A stretch of DNA of 64,000 nucleotides from Octopus vulgaris (taxonomy: Eukaryota). Under the pieces are notes generated by a model. The model did not search any database. It had not been told where the DNA came from and saw nothing but the letters and a program-made list of their open reading frames with translations. The position numbers and the translations under genes were made by a program. Shown in pieces: positions 38,571 to 52,880 of this stretch; the stretch's first letter is position 1, and each line of letters opens with the position of its first letter. The stretch is from NCBI GenBank assembly GCA_951406725.2, contig OX597830.1, forward strand, positions 2,976,001-3,040,000, in the 5' to 3' direction.

Positions 38571-41500
38571 TGGACACCTTCCATCCATGTGTTCCCTTAT
38601 AATGTAGGATAGCCCTAGACATCTTGTACACAACCCTTTCTATTACCTTTCCCCTCTGTCCCCTTTGTTTCTCAATAACCCATGACACTATCCTTTTCCA
38701 TTCCCTTGTTCCCCACCTTATTCCCTCATCTAATTCCTGTCTATTCTATGATACTCTTTCTCTCACCATTGTCATGTCTATAAATCTGTTTCTTTCAGCT
38801 TAATTTACTTCTTTTCATCTCTCACCAAGAATGATTGCATCTCTTTTCTCTTCTATTCCCACTTCAGTTGTAGGAGCCACTTTAGGCCCTTTGTCTCACA
38901 GTTTACAAGACAATTTTCACAACTGCTGTCCTCACCCCCCAAAAAAAGGCATCCTGTACACACTCTAAAGTGATTAGACCTAGGAAGGGCATCCAACTGT
39001 AAGAAACCCTGCCAAAATAGAGAAGAGAGCAGTCTCAACTCATCATCTCTCAAATTGCCTAACCCATGTCAGCATGGAAAATAGATGTTAAATACTAATG
39101 ATGATGTTGTTGTTGTTGGTGGTGGTGGTGGTGATGGTGGTGGTGGTCGTCGTCGTCGTGATTTTTAGATGAGAATTTGAGGTATGTTATAAGATACAAA
39201 CTAAAGACTAATGTAAAATTAGAAAGTATCTCAGAAGAATGTTAATTGACTGTTAATGAGTATGAACCTCATTATTTTCATCAACGTTTGGCATCTGTTT
39301 ATCCATGTTTGCATGGATTGGAGGAGTCTTTTGCCCTACAGTATCCCAGTGGAAATAGTTCATCCTTCATCATTTCTTTCATGAGATTCACCATCCTAAA
39401 ATCAGCCTCCTTCACTGATCTTCCTTGGTTTTTGTTGTTCTTCACACAGAAAATTATGCTAGTTTTGTTTCAGCCAAATTCTTGTGGGTAGATATTGACT
39501 AAATGAGTGGGAATCAACTTTTGCCATGAAATTTTTGCTGCAAATATTTCTGTCTTGGTAATATTTATTTCTATGACCCATTTCTTCTGTATGTAGCAAC
39601 ATCTTACACAGCAACTTTCTTTCAGACAAAACCTTATCTTTCGTTCTGTACAGCATTTACAACATAAACGTAATGCCCGCCTTTCATATGTGGAGTTAAG
39701 ATAAACGTTAATGTGCATATCTACACCCACACACACATGCACATGCATGCACGCACACACACACACACACATGCTTTGTTACTTGCTGAGAGAGATAATG
39801 TCATCATAGTCAAGCTAAGAGAGATAAGCAGACATCACTTTGAATCTGTGATTTCAACTTGCAATTCCTTTTTTCTATTAATGTTTTATCTTCTTAAATG
39901 TGTTGGCTATTAAACTGATAAAAAGGTTGCTTCTTTGGAAATTTGTATGAAAAATATCTAGTTGCATTCTTTGCAATTAAAATCATTAATCCTGGCAAAC
40001 AGGAAAAGACAGTTTTCAAAAGAAGCCTAAAAGAATTGATTATCACTGTTACATTTTAAACAAAAGAAAAAATCTATAAAACAGTAACCCATTCATAAAA
40101 TCATTAAAAATTTGGATTAATGAAATTTGTATTTCATTTTACACCAGTAAACTTCTGAACTAATTGCTGCAACCCAAATAATCTGAACATTTACCATTCC
40201 TTCAAGACTATTCAATATTGCAATATTTTACTGTTTCTTTACTGTCTGGGAAAAATTTTAGCAAATTCTAGAAGAAATGAATTTAGAGTTTAGAATTTCA
40301 CCATTTTTCCCCTAACTTCTGGAACTTTTATGTTTAACTCTCTCCACATTCTCTATCATTTAATTATAACAAGCTGCATATCTCTGGGGTGTTTTTACAA
40401 TATATCAACTATTTAATAATTGGAAAACATGAAATATGCACATTGTGCTTTGTCCATACATCTTCTCCATAGGAAGTTGAATGGCTGAGAATTTGTGACG
40501 TTTTTAGTGGCCTTATATCATTTCAAAGTTTTTATTGAAATTCCTCTATTGTACGTGGATGTTACAATCAGTTTTGTCTTGTAACTACTGATAAGAGTGT
40601 AATTTTATTAGTTGCTACTCTGGGTCATAAACTACCACCAATGTATATAGTAGAGTTGGTAAATACCAGGGGAAACAATATAATAGGTTCTTTTGTAAAT
40701 GTTATACTTGCTGAGAGCATGAAAACTTAATATACCTCATTGAATTTCTCACCAGGCAAATCAACTGACCAATCTATTGGCTGCTGTTATAATGGTGTGA
40801 TTTTCAAGACCCAAAGTAGATGAGTTTCTGACTTTGAGTAGCTTTTAAATTTGGTACTAAAGCCATTTTTAAATGTAAAGATTTGAAACAAAAACGAATT
40901 TCACATTTATGTTTTAGCTGAGAATTTGTGATATGTTATAATACAGAGACAAAACTGAAGAAAGCCAATTGAATGATTAGAAAAATGAGAAAATCTGTAA
41001 GAAGAACAATGCTGTTAGTAAAAGAAAGAAAATGAAAATAATTAAATGGAATGTCTGAATTGTTTGAATTTACAGAGAATTATAATTTTAGAAATTCTTG
41101 GAAAATAATATCAGGTGAATGATTGATGAAATTGGAACTAGAAATAGTGAGAAACTGGGAAGGTGTTAAAATTAGAAGAAAATAATTCAGAATAGGTGAG
41201 TGCAAGGAAAAATTTAATCAGACACTAACAAGAAATATGCAGCAAACATTTTCTTAATTCCAAATAGTCATGTTTTCGCAAATAGAAAGAACTTTTGAAC
41301 TAATAAAATATAAATATTTTCTTTAAAATTTTATGTAAACTGATTTCTGCAATAACTTTCACGTAGAATCATAACACATTATGTCTCAAACTGTGTTGCA
41401 GACACAACTTTCTATACAGAAACTGGCCTTCAACTGTTATACTGGAATTTATCTAAATTTTGCTAAAAATTTAGAATCTCATGTCTATATTCAGTTGCTT

Positions 41501-41950
41501 AGGTTCAAATGTTATCTGAGCAAAGTGAAATTTGAATTTATTTTCCTTTTATTGGAAAATGAATTAGAATTATTAACCATTTTAATTTTTAATTTGTGTC
41601 ATTCAGAGATATCTTCTTTTGCCAAGAAAAATTCTTCCCAAGAGTTGTGGTTCCCTAGAAATATCTCTGTTTCTTAAGGATTGACAAAAACTAAATGTAT
41701 TCTTACAGTTTTATGACATCTGCAGGAATACTTCTTCCCTGTGGAGCACAATAAATATAGCTGTAACCATGAAATGGTCCAGATATATTTTATTCTTAGT
41801 ATTTAAAGAATTCCTATGAAATGGCACTGCGAGTTGCTATTGTCAGAATAATGATCCACCTTGATGTTATCCATGCAGGGGTTGTCAATTCACTGCAGCC
41901 AACCATCACTTGTGTGTGTGACTTGGTTTTATGTATCATACTTTAGTGTG

Positions 41951-42177
41951 GCAAGCTGGCAGAATTAGTATGCCAGGTGAAATGCCTAACAGTAATTCGT
42001 CTGCCATTGCATTCTGAGTTCAAATTCTGCCGAGGCCAACTCTGCCTTTCATCCTTTTGGGGTTGATTAAATAAGTACCAGTTATGCACTGGGATTTGAC
42101 GTAATCAACATAATCCCTTTGTCTATCTTTGTTCGTCTCCTCTATGTTTAGTCCCTTGTGGGCAATAAAGAAATAAA
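41951..42177 (+). mobile_element. tRNA-derived SINE with Meta-like central domain (family B)
   Basis: B-box gagttcaaattc, core gcctttcatccttttggggttgattaaataagtacc; an inverted copy lies at 44006-44192 and older remnants at ~10715, ~23260, ~55880, ~58540. Confidence 0.7.
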
Positions 42178-42424
42178 TATGTATCATACTTTAGTTAATC
42201 GTTGTAGGTGCTTTTATAACCACAAGCTGGCATAGACTCCCATTTGCCATTCATCACCGGCATTTTCAGGATGCAACAGCTGAAGAGAGAGAAAGCTGCA
42301 CCAGCATCCAGATCGTGCATGTTTACAGCTGAGTAGACTGGACTGACATGAAGTGTTTTCCTTAAGAGTACAATGCGTCACTGAATCCAAGGAATTGAAC
42401 CCATGAGCTTATGATCCCAGTGTC

Positions 42425-42820
42425 ACTTGACTGGCACATATCATGCACCATTCGAGCATGGTCATTGCCAGTTCCACCTAACTGGCTCCCATGTTGGTGG
42501 CACATAAAAAATACCATTCGAGCATGGTTGTCAGTGCCACCTGACTGCCTCCTGTGCCAGTGACACGTAAAAAGCACCATTCAAGCATGATCGATGCCAG
42601 TGCCGCCTGACTGGCACCCATGCTGGTGGCACGTAAAAAGTACTCACTACACTCTCAGAGTGGTTGGCGTTAGGATGGGCATCCAGCTGTAGAAACTTTG
42701 CCAGATCAGATTGGAGCCTGGTACAGCCTTCTGGCTTGCCAGTCTTCAGTCAAACCGCCCAACCCATGCTAGCATGGAAAACGGACGTTAAATGACGATG
42801 ACGATGATGATAATGATGAT
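42425..42820 (+). mobile_element. RTE-type 3' UTR with ~62-bp tandem subrepeats and (GAT)n tail
   Basis: accattcgagcatgg...gactggc...ggcacgtaaaaag repeated about three times; tail matches the reverse of 261-460. Confidence 0.8.
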
Positions 42821-44248
42821 TAATAAAATTATATTTTCCCATTTCTGAATTTCATACAATTTACATAAGAATCATTTTTATTGTTGAGTCATTTCATTGA
42901 GTCCTTGTGATTTAACACCCCCACCCCACCCCACACACAGAGGCACATATATTAGATGATAGGAAAATTATATTATCATCATCATTTTACGTCCATTTTC
43001 CTTGCTGGCATTAGTTGAATGATTTGACAGGATTTGGCAAGGCTGGAGAGCTGCCTGGGCTCCTTTTGTCTGTTTAGCATGGTTTCTATAGCTGGATGCT
43101 CTTCCTAATGCCTCCCATTTTGCAGAGTGTACCAGGTGCTCTTTAACGTGGTACTGGCACATGTACTTTTACATGGAATTGGCACAGGTGCTTTTGTGTG
43201 GTACCACACAAACATATATAATTATAGAGAATAATTTCCACTCATTTAACTTTTCACTAGAATTTACTGAATTCCATAAAGGTTACTCAGCATTTCTGTC
43301 GTTTATTGAAGAGTCTTGTAGATTTTAAATAATTCTCATTAAAGGTTAGATGGACCAAATCAGCAGGAAAGGAATTCATGGAATTATAAAATAAAAAGAA
43401 TCAGAAATTAAAACTATCGAAAAAATATTAATTAAAAACTATTTCTGTTTCTGATCAGGAGATAACTTTGGCATTATTCTGAAATATTCATATTTATTTT
43501 ACAGACAAGAAAGTAATATTTTGAACACAGCCATGAAAACAGCAGAAAAACTTGGTAGTTTTACCCTTATAAGACAGAAGAGTTACTGGCAGACAACTAC
43601 AAGACTCTTCAATAAAGTTTGTTTGCAAGATATATATTGATATTTACCTAAGTATTGTAGATACTTTGATGGCTTTTCAGAGCTCTGACAAGTCCCAGGT
43701 GACAGGTACTAAATTTCAATTGTTTTTGTGGATTGCCAAGATTGTAACAATAGTCACCCGTGGTGGGAATATTATTTAAAGTAAAGCAAAAGGGACAGAC
43801 ATACTTTTTATTTGAAGGCAAGTGAATCAATATTTAAGACAAAAATCACTATACCACAATTCACTTCTCCCTTCTTGTCTTTGTTAAAAAATTGTCTAAA
43901 TTAAATTTTTGGTGAATTCACTGGTGCCAACACCAGGAAGAAAAAGGTCTGTGTTCTTTGCTGTTAGAGAGGATATCCATGTGTAGAAATCATGCCAAAG
44001 CAAACATTTATTTCTTTATTGCCCACAAGGGGCTAAACATAAAGGGGACAAACAAGGACAGACAAAGGGTTTCAGTGGATTACATCGACCCCAGTGCACA
44101 ACTGGTATTTATTTATCGAACCCGAAAGGATGAAGGGCAAAGTCGACCTCGGTGGAGTTTGAACTCAGAACATAATGGCAGACGAAATACCTGTTTCTGA
44201 TCAGATTTAAGCAAGCTACTTACCACACAAGCACTCCTGCATTATTTA

Positions 44249-44365
44249 CATTATTTACATTTGACAGATATTTGTCCTCATCTTGTTTGCCCAAGGGAAT
44301 ATGGCATAGTGGTTAAGAGTGCGGGCTACTAAGCCCAAGATTCCAAGTTCAATTCCAGGCAGTGA

Positions 44366-44439
<74 letters not shown>

Positions 44440-44581
44440 TCATAGAAAAATACCTTAGGAACGAGAACCCAGGTTTGAAATTTCCCCAAGGCACCTGATG
44501 AAGGCTGGAGGGTATATCAGTTGAAATGTTCTGTTAACAACAAACAAGATGAGGACAAATATCTGCCAAATGTAAATAATG
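44249..44581 (+). mobile_element. tRNA-headed, hammerhead-containing SINE with an inverted terminal duplication
   Basis: tRNA-like head 44295-44370 (tggcatagtgg, gttcaattcc), (AAT)n, hammerhead core; 41-bp inverted arms 44249-44289 / 44541-44581. Confidence 0.8.
44489..44535 (+). ncRNA. Minimal type I hammerhead ribozyme motif (slightly decayed)
   Basis: CTGATGA 44495-44501, stem II ggctg/cagtt, GAAA 44523-44526, very short stem III followed by GTT; stem I imperfect. Confidence 0.6.
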
Positions 44582-46699
44582 CAAAGAATGTACATTTGTT
44601 TCGGTATTAGAATAGGTTTATTAAGGTCTGTTACTTCTTAATCATAGCATTTCAGTCTGAAGCAAAAAAGATGTTTTATGATGTAAATGTGATATATGTA
44701 TGTATATATATATATATCCAATGAAAAGCAGAAGAATACAAGGAAAATTCTTTAACACATCTTTAATTATATGTTACAATTGTTTCCATACCATCTCTAT
44801 TTGCAATGCCAGGTTATGTGAAAATTCTAAATGGAAAATCATGTAATATTTGCGATTTTAGACATTAGACAGGCACACCTGGATGAAAGGTGTGTTTTGA
44901 CATTTTGTATCCGTCAGACATTTTTCTGTGTGTGTTTGTTTATTAAGAAATTATGTAATGAACACTTCATTAGCTTACAGCCGTTTCTGCCAAAAGATGC
45001 AATGCACTTATAGTTGAATACTTGTGTATCATTCTATAGCTTCATCAGAACTTCAAACATGAAGTACAATTGTATTTGGGAAAACCTTTTCATTTATATA
45101 TATATTCACAGGAGAGCATTACCAATGAAAAAGAAAAACTTATCTATTATCTATCTATATTTATAGACAAATAGATAGATTGACTGAGGCAGACAGACCA
45201 ACTGACAGGCAGATAGATGTATTATATACTTGAGGAGAGATTTAATATGTTCTATGCTAGAAGTACATCAACTTAATTACTTCACCATTGTAGATGTAAT
45301 TTGTCATAAATTAATTTTCTCTTCTATTTTCTTTATATTCTGAGGAAGTCATATGAAAATTTACACAATTTTGTATTTAAAAAGAAAACATCTTTGTTTG
45401 GGAAGAAGCATTGGTAGAGACTACGCTTGCACCCTGGTGAGGTTAATATTACTTGATATTTGGTTTGTATCTCCAAAGATCTCTAGGGAGAAATATAGAG
45501 AATGGTGAAATGCCAGACAAATAATTATGAGGAGTTGTCAGACTTGATGATGTTGACAAAGACACCAAGCCTCTGATTCATAAACAAGTGGAAACCAAGG
45601 TGGAATATGTGGTGTTCATCGTTGTCTTCTCTCCTGACAGTGTGAATCTATCCTGAATAAAGTGTAACAGTCCAGGGTAAAGGAGAGGAGCTTTAAGTCA
45701 GGGTTACAACAACTTTGCTAGGGTAGACACCCGGTTAAAGTGCACTTAGTGCCTTCTGTAGAGTCATTGATATTCAGAAGTGAATCTAACCATAGAATTC
45801 ATACCAAAATTGAAATGTACAAGTGAGACGTCTGGGGAATCTAAACCGGTCTGGACTGTGCCAATCTACCCAACCCTTACCAACATGGCAAGCAACATAA
45901 AAAAGGATTAAGAGAAGGAGGAAGAGGAGGAAAAGGAGGTTGATAATGACTTATTTTAAAATTCATTTTAAAAAGTTAATATAGTTTGAAGTGTGTGTTA
46001 TTTTGTATTGCAAATTGCTAGAGTTCTGTGGCCCCAAAAAGTACAAGAGACATGCAGAAAGGAGTTACCACTGGATCAATAAATAATAACAAGTTCAACT
46101 CTCAGGAAACTCTTAGTAAAAAAAAAACAAAAACAGTTTTAGACATAATCCACTAAGATGGCTCCCAAGGCCAAATGAAAATGCTTGTTCTCGCAACAGA
46201 AAATGCTTGTTCTACAAGTTTACTGCAGCAGATTGTCTAAATTTACAACTTAAATCTTCCTCATTAACATAAGAAGTCTTCACAAAAGCTGCAGATATTT
46301 GATATCATTCTGTATTAAATTCTGTTCGTTCCAAAGTTGTTGCCTGTTGGATGGTATTATTTAGCATTACCATTTTATTCTCTAGTAGTCTGGTTCTGAT
46401 AATGTCTACACGCTGTCTTATAAATGATGATTTTTCTTCAGCCACTTCCACTTTTAAATTGCCACCATCATGAACTAATAAAATTAAATTCTATAGCAAG
46501 TCATTTATATTTTTGTTAGACTTTTGAAAGTGTGTAGACAAAAGGTGTCTGGCCAATATTTTATTAGCTGGTTCCAAAGAAGCTTCTTTTAGAGCCATTG
46601 CAGAGCATTAGCAAAAGTCGAACAATCTCATATAATGTCTACTACATTAGGCCTAATATAAAGGAATACAAACTAAAATGGTTGTTTGTAAGAATGTAA

Positions 46700-47900
46700 A
46701 AGGGTAAGTGACCAATCCTTGGAGGCTTCGTAAAACACTGTGGACACTATTCCTCCTTCCTGACCATAACAAATATATCATCGGTCTGAAGGAAGGTAGG
46801 TTACTGTGGTGAATAGATAAGATGGTGGGAATTGATGAGAATGACATGTTTCCAGATGAAATTGGAAAAGAAAAAATAGTGCTATGTCTTGCAGAGAAAT
46901 GAAAGATGCTTCAGGATATAGCATTGGTAATGTTATTATTCACAAAAATGATGAGGAATTTGCTATAAACTGCTAAAAGTTTACACATGAAAGATGAAAG
47001 AATCATAAAATAAGGTTGGAATTATCAGGCATGGTGCTCAATTGAGCTGAAGACTGTGTTAGAGAATGACGAACTGTCTATTTTGAGGGTATTTGGACAG
47101 ATAAAGGAAAATGGGACACTAGATTAGCATTTATTGTGAAAATTATGGAATTAAACCCATCAATAGAAATAATTAGAATGATTTGTTGGTTGTGCCAGTT
47201 TATGGGAAAGATATTAATTTTTTATCAGACTGCACATCATTGATTACACCGTTTTGTGAAGATGGTGTCTCATTTTCGTGGGGATGCCAAAACCAAAAAC
47301 CATTTCAGAATATAGAAACTGTTGTTATTGTTAAAGCCAGTGAGGCATTTCTGACATCACAAATGAGATTACATAAAGGATTGAAGCAAAGGAAAAGTCT
47401 GTTTCAAGAATGCTTTCACAAGACAGCCATCTTGTAGAATATATGTTCAAAATATCAACCACATCTGAAGCAAAATACTCAAATATTGAAAGAGATGGAA
47501 TTGGTTTGTTGTTGAAGAAACAATTTTGATCATTGAAGAAGAAGCGAACATGTGAAATTGGTACCTTATTAAATAGAATATAAATTGTTTAAGAACATTA
47601 ATGATAAAAAAAAACTGTGCCTGATAAAGTACATTGTGGCTCAGAAGCAAAAGGGAATGAGTTGAAATTAGATGGAAATTGGCCAGGTTACTGTAAAGAT
47701 GTGGAAGAATATGTTAAAAGATGTCCAACAGGAGAAGAAAATAGAAATCATGTCAGTCAAGAAACTTATGGCCGAAAGAAATAAAAGCATAGACATGTGC
47801 AAAAGAAGCACAAATAAGTCACGGAATTTAGATTTTATTAATGTTTGTTGGTGCATTGGGCGGATGAGTGGAAGTAATAAGAGTAATAAGTAATCCGACA
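46700..47900 (+). mobile_element. Very old LINE remnant (unclassified)
   Basis: Purine-rich strand bias and KGLKQRKSL resembling the RT G.+QG..LS motif (~47375); little else readable. Confidence 0.3.
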
Positions 47901-48372
47901 GGTATTAAGAACTGCTTATCAGAAATAATATTCCAGAAAAATTAAGGGTCAGACAATGCCTATGACTTTTCTGATAATAACTTATGTAGAGGACTTGTTT
48001 AAACTGGATGTAAACCTATGAAAATGCCTTAACATCCAGAAGCTGAAAGAATGGTCACAAGTCTTTGGGGCTTAAATTCATTTTCACCAAAGAAGAATGT
48101 AATATGTGTGTCAGTTGCCTTTTTCAGTTAACCCAGAAAAACTTCTTATTTCATCTGTTTTCAAAATACCCTGATTTGCACATTCCGATATTCTTGTGCT
48201 CCTTTGTCTCTACCTAGTTGCATTATCAGGAACAGTTTTCATCATATAGCTACTGATGTACATTTTCCCTTATTTCATTAGACACACTATTTCCGCAAGC
48301 TGTTCAGTTCCATATAATCCCTCAAAGCAAATCACAAAGGGAAAAAAAATATAAGAAACTATGTTATGTTAG

Positions 48373-48442
48373 CCCTTGAAATACATGAAACTATATGAAG
48401 TTAGGCCCTTGAAATACATGAAACTATATGAAGTTAGGCCCT
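48373..48442. repeat. 34-bp tandem duplication
   Basis: cccttgaaatacatgaaactatatgaagttaggc occurs twice, exact. Confidence 0.9.
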
Positions 48443-51242
48443 TTCAAAAGGAAACAATATTACCTAATATTCTACATGCTATTTGATCAGTGCCATGTGC
48501 AACAATTATTGAAATACCTCAGGAAAGGCTCTTTCTATTTTCTAGAAAAACTTGTATAAATACATTTCTCCTTCCCCACCAGACTTTCTGAATCTGTATC
48601 ATGATACATCAAACTGGAAACTGGAATCACTAGTATAACTGTAGAATTTATTGACAGAATAAATGTCGTTCCCTGCAGTGACTCAGGATATCCAACCAGT
48701 CCAAACAAAAGAAGCAAACAGGCCACCAGTTGGGAAGCAAAAGATTCACAAAATAGATCAAAGCCAGTTCAATTCCATCAATAATTATACACCAGACTGA
48801 ACAGTACTGTTCAGATGTAGAAAACACAGTGAAATCCACTTGGCAGCTGATGATGGGAATGCATATTTGCTACACTTGATTGTGAATTTCATATGTCTTA
48901 GTCTTATTATTCTGACCTGCTTTCATTTTTGTAAAATAGTCTTTGTGGGTCCAAAGTTTATAAGGTCCCCTTACATTGGGATTATTTGTTTTTTTTATTC
49001 ATAGGTAATCCAATTGGGCTTAGATAAGCTTAGATTTTGGCATCTTTTCTGGGGAGGTTCTAGGGCAAATATGGTAGTGTTAACAACGATGTTGCTGAAA
49101 ATCTTTCATATGTACCTCTTTGTAGACAGACAAAAATTTGTAAATCAGCTAAACATTGAAATTTGTAACATCTATTTTTAATAAGTTGTTTTTATATTTT
49201 TTTGTGTGATTGATTACATTATATCATTTTATAATAATCCACCAACATGAATTTGAAAGCTAAAATGTTTATTATTGTAATTGTTTAGCGTAAGAAGAAA
49301 GAAGTTTAATAATTCAACACAAGCAATAAATGAAAATGAAATGATGTGTATATTGAGAGATGAGTTGTAATGGTGAAACGTGTTGTAATAATTACTTAAC
49401 TATAAAGCAGTTGTGTCCCTTACAATCTTCTTCTGGGACCTGGTTAGCTACAACAACTGATGACATGTGATTCTCAAGTTAAACAAAGGACAAAATCTAG
49501 AACATTATTAGCTCAACAAGAACAACTGATTTATCTGATGTAGACATTATTTCTAAGAGGGTTGTATGTGATTTGCAAATGATCTGGTTGCTATTTCTCA
49601 AAAGTTCAACAACCAAGCAGAAAGATTTTTTCTCATTAACTGGTAAGGGTCATGTGACAAACTCTTGTATAATTAACGACTTTTTAATTAATACATACAG
49701 TGACAGTATTTTATTCCATGTCACATGCCACATCATCAAATATTTCATGATCTAATAAAGGTCCAGCACTAGTTTCGGTCTCTGTTGCTATTTTCTTAAA
49801 GTGTAATTAGACATTAAAAGATCCGAACTTGTTTTATTTCTGACTTCTATTAACTTAGGTTTTGTCTTATGTATGAATATGACTAATGTGAGAAAAAACC
49901 CCTTAGGAAAAAATGTCATTAGCTAAAAATTGATTCCTACCAAAAAGTCGTTAAAGAATCTGCACTTAAGCATTGTACCAATTAGAGTTCAGAACATCTT
50001 AATTATACGGCATGAAATCAATTGAGGACAAGTGCATTACATCCTCTTAAATAAGAAATAGTATTTAACATTAAACAACCTACAGGTGGGCTTCATACCT
50101 TCCACAAAAGAAGAAGGAAATTAGAATCAAGAATACCACCATAATTTATTGCTAATAACTGCAAAAGAGAAAAAGCAAACGATAAAATGATGCGAAAATG
50201 ATAATAAAGCAACTTTAATTAAATAAGAAACAATAGGAAGTAATTGATTTTACTCAGCTCTTTTGCATAACAAAAAGATGGAGACGACTTCATTGCAGCA
50301 TGTTGCCATTATTTCAAATATTTTATTCTTGAATTTCTCTGTTCTTTTCATATTTTTATCTGTCTCCAAGAAATGTTTCTCTTTTATATTGTTTTCTGTT
50401 TATGTGTGCCTCCACATTCCTCTTTAATTATCAAAGAACAACAACCGTTATCTAAGATTGCTCTTTATCCTTGTCTTTAACACACCAGGAAATGATTCCA
50501 TACAGAGAACATAGAATTTGTTTTACCCAACTTTGCATCAATTACATTTAAATCATCACAATTTTCTGCAATAATGCAAGGTTCACATTCACCCATAAAA
50601 CCAAAACTGCATTGCAAAAGGTGTGGTTCTCTTCAATAGCAGAAAATATAGTCCCAAACAAATGAAATATAACCCAGTCTAAGAGCACCACTTGGCACCG
50701 CTAGTTTGACCTCAGTTAGTGAAACACCATGGGACACTAATACCCCAAGTCTGAAACTCCTAGTCTAACACCATTACCTGGGTTTTGGGTGCCTTTAATG
50801 AGGCTACCTCTGCCACAAGTATTCAGACCAGACTGCTGGTTCCATCCTTGCCTATGTTTTCCTCTTAAACACTGACCTTCATTCAATGTTGAAGTGAGGC
50901 ATCAGCTAAATTCTACTAATCACTGTTGAAGAGTTCTTCAATATCATGGCACCCTGCCACTCCTTTTCACCTTTTTTCTTCTTAATGTTTGACTAACATA
51001 TAGATAAAGTAACAGCAAAGAGTTAGTAATTTTATTAACTCTAGTGACAAGGAACTGAATTACCTCTGCTACAGCTTGGCCAGCAACAAAATAGACAAGA
51101 ACAGAGTGAAATGAGAATAACTTTAATTTCAGAGGTTTTATGGTGCTGACATCAGATCATCTTCTCCTTGAGAAGAAGAAAAAAATGTAACATACTCCCA
51201 CACAAACACACTTTGAACTTGAAATGCACACATGCATGCAAA

Positions 51243-51276
<34 letters not shown>

Positions 51277-51629
51277 CAGATAAGCACACAAATGCACACA
51301 TTGCTGTTGAAATAATTAAGCTGTGTTTGATGAATCTAATCCTTGTAAGGTTTTCACTGCAATTTCAAGTGATACTATCCAAATGATTTATGTTTACAGG
51401 ATTAAAGAGATACCAATGGCTTCTTCAGAAAGAGGCTTAATGATAAGAAGAAGATTAGCTGAGAGTTAAACGAGTTTGAGGTTGGTGGTATGTTTATGTA
51501 TAAATGCAGATGTAATGTTGTAGAAGCAGAGCTAAGGTGGACATTTCTGAATCACAAATACAAATCTTTATTTTTAGAAATAAAACAAATTGTTTCTCTG
51601 CTTCTTTCATAGAAATAATCCATTTTAAT

Positions 51630-51945
51630 TTTGAATATCAAGTTGGATGTGTAATGTCAGTCCGGATGAATAACAGAGCATAAATGAAGTGAGAAGAATG
51701 GTAGGTGTAAGAGGAATTAGCTGCAAGAAGCACAGAGCAAATTGTAATGATAAGGATGTGTTATGTGTGGAGATTTGTGGTGGCTTAAAGAAGTGGCAAG
51801 CAATCCAAGAGGATGGATCCTCTAAGACAGGAAGAAAGGAGACCCAGTTGAAAAAGACATAGGAAGAAATGGTGAACACTGATCTCAACAAAGTGACACA
51901 AGATTGCAATAAATTAGTAAATTCTGTGTTAGAGAAAACCTGTGT
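51630..51945 (+). mobile_element. Decayed RTE C-terminal fragment
   Basis: GVRGISC...RKGDP/GRP..KT*EEMVNTDL resembles 715-980. Confidence 0.55.
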
Positions 51946-52199
51946 AAGTGATTTTCGAATTTAAAAAATAGATATTAAAGATGATGTCGTGATAGAAACT
52001 GAAACATATAAACATTGTGGTTTTTTATGATTTTTAAATTTGATGTTTATCTTTGAATAAATTTTTATTGAACAATGGTCATATCATGTACCAATGTCAA
52101 GTGTGGATTCTGTATGTTTGATGACACTGTTTATTCTTGCTTGTTTTAAGCTGTCAAATTAGAGATGGAAAAATAGACAAATCTGACTGATTTTGTAGT

Positions 52200-52880
52200 A
52201 TAAACTCAAAATGAAGCACAAAGCAGTAAAAGTTGGCCACAAATATTACCTAAGCTTTTTCCAATGAACATATAAAACTTGCTTTTCATTAAAATATCAA
52301 CGCAATTCAAGAAATGGTGCCACAGAAGCTGGATAAATGAAAATAAATTGCCATTATCAAGTCCGTTCTGCATTTCTGTTTTTGTTTTTTTTGCACGATG
52401 AAACAATCCATTTCTTATTTGTATTGGGATTAATGATGAAAAATAGATTCTCCATGAGAGCCAATGGCATTCCATGTAGCAAGAAGTCTGGGATGACATA
52501 CCAAAAGACTTGCCCAGACCAAAGCTATTTCAAAATCAGTTATGCCAATTGTTTGGTGATTACCAAGTGGAATCTACTTTTACTGGCAAAGTCATAGAAG
52601 AAAAGTGTTTCCAAGAAATTAATAGAATGTATCTTGTATGGAGCAATGTCTATCTCCAGCATTGGTAAATTGTAAAAGAGCAATTCTTCTCGAAGACATC
52701 TGATCACCTTTCTCATGAAAGACACAGCAGAAGTTGAACAAACTAAGCTACAAAACCTTACCCCACCCACCTTACGTCCCAGACCTTCTCTATGACTGAT
52801 GGCCATTTTTTACAAGAATCTCAGTAAATTTCAACAGTTTGGTTTCAAGAGTTTCATCATTAACAGAAATCCAGATTTCT
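52200..52880 (+). mobile_element. Decayed mariner transposase remnant
   Basis: NDEK*IL (DEKWI motif) near 52432 and LPHPPY.PDL..D.HFF near 52758-52810. Confidence 0.7.

Noticed and set aside
42425-42640. CRISPR-like repeat array
   Set aside because: Whole ~62-bp units are repeated without unique spacers; it is an RTE 3'UTR tandem in eukaryotic DNA.
44295-44370. tRNA gene (also 61283-61355 and the other SINE heads)
   Set aside because: No complete cloverleaf; each continues into a SINE body.
48535-48839. Short hydrophobic ORFs resembling a signal peptide
   Set aside because: Non-ATG starts, no splice support, no recognisable domain.
49819-49832. 14-nt match to the 3' part of miR-100 (agatccgaacttgt)
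   Set aside because: Seed absent and no precursor hairpin.
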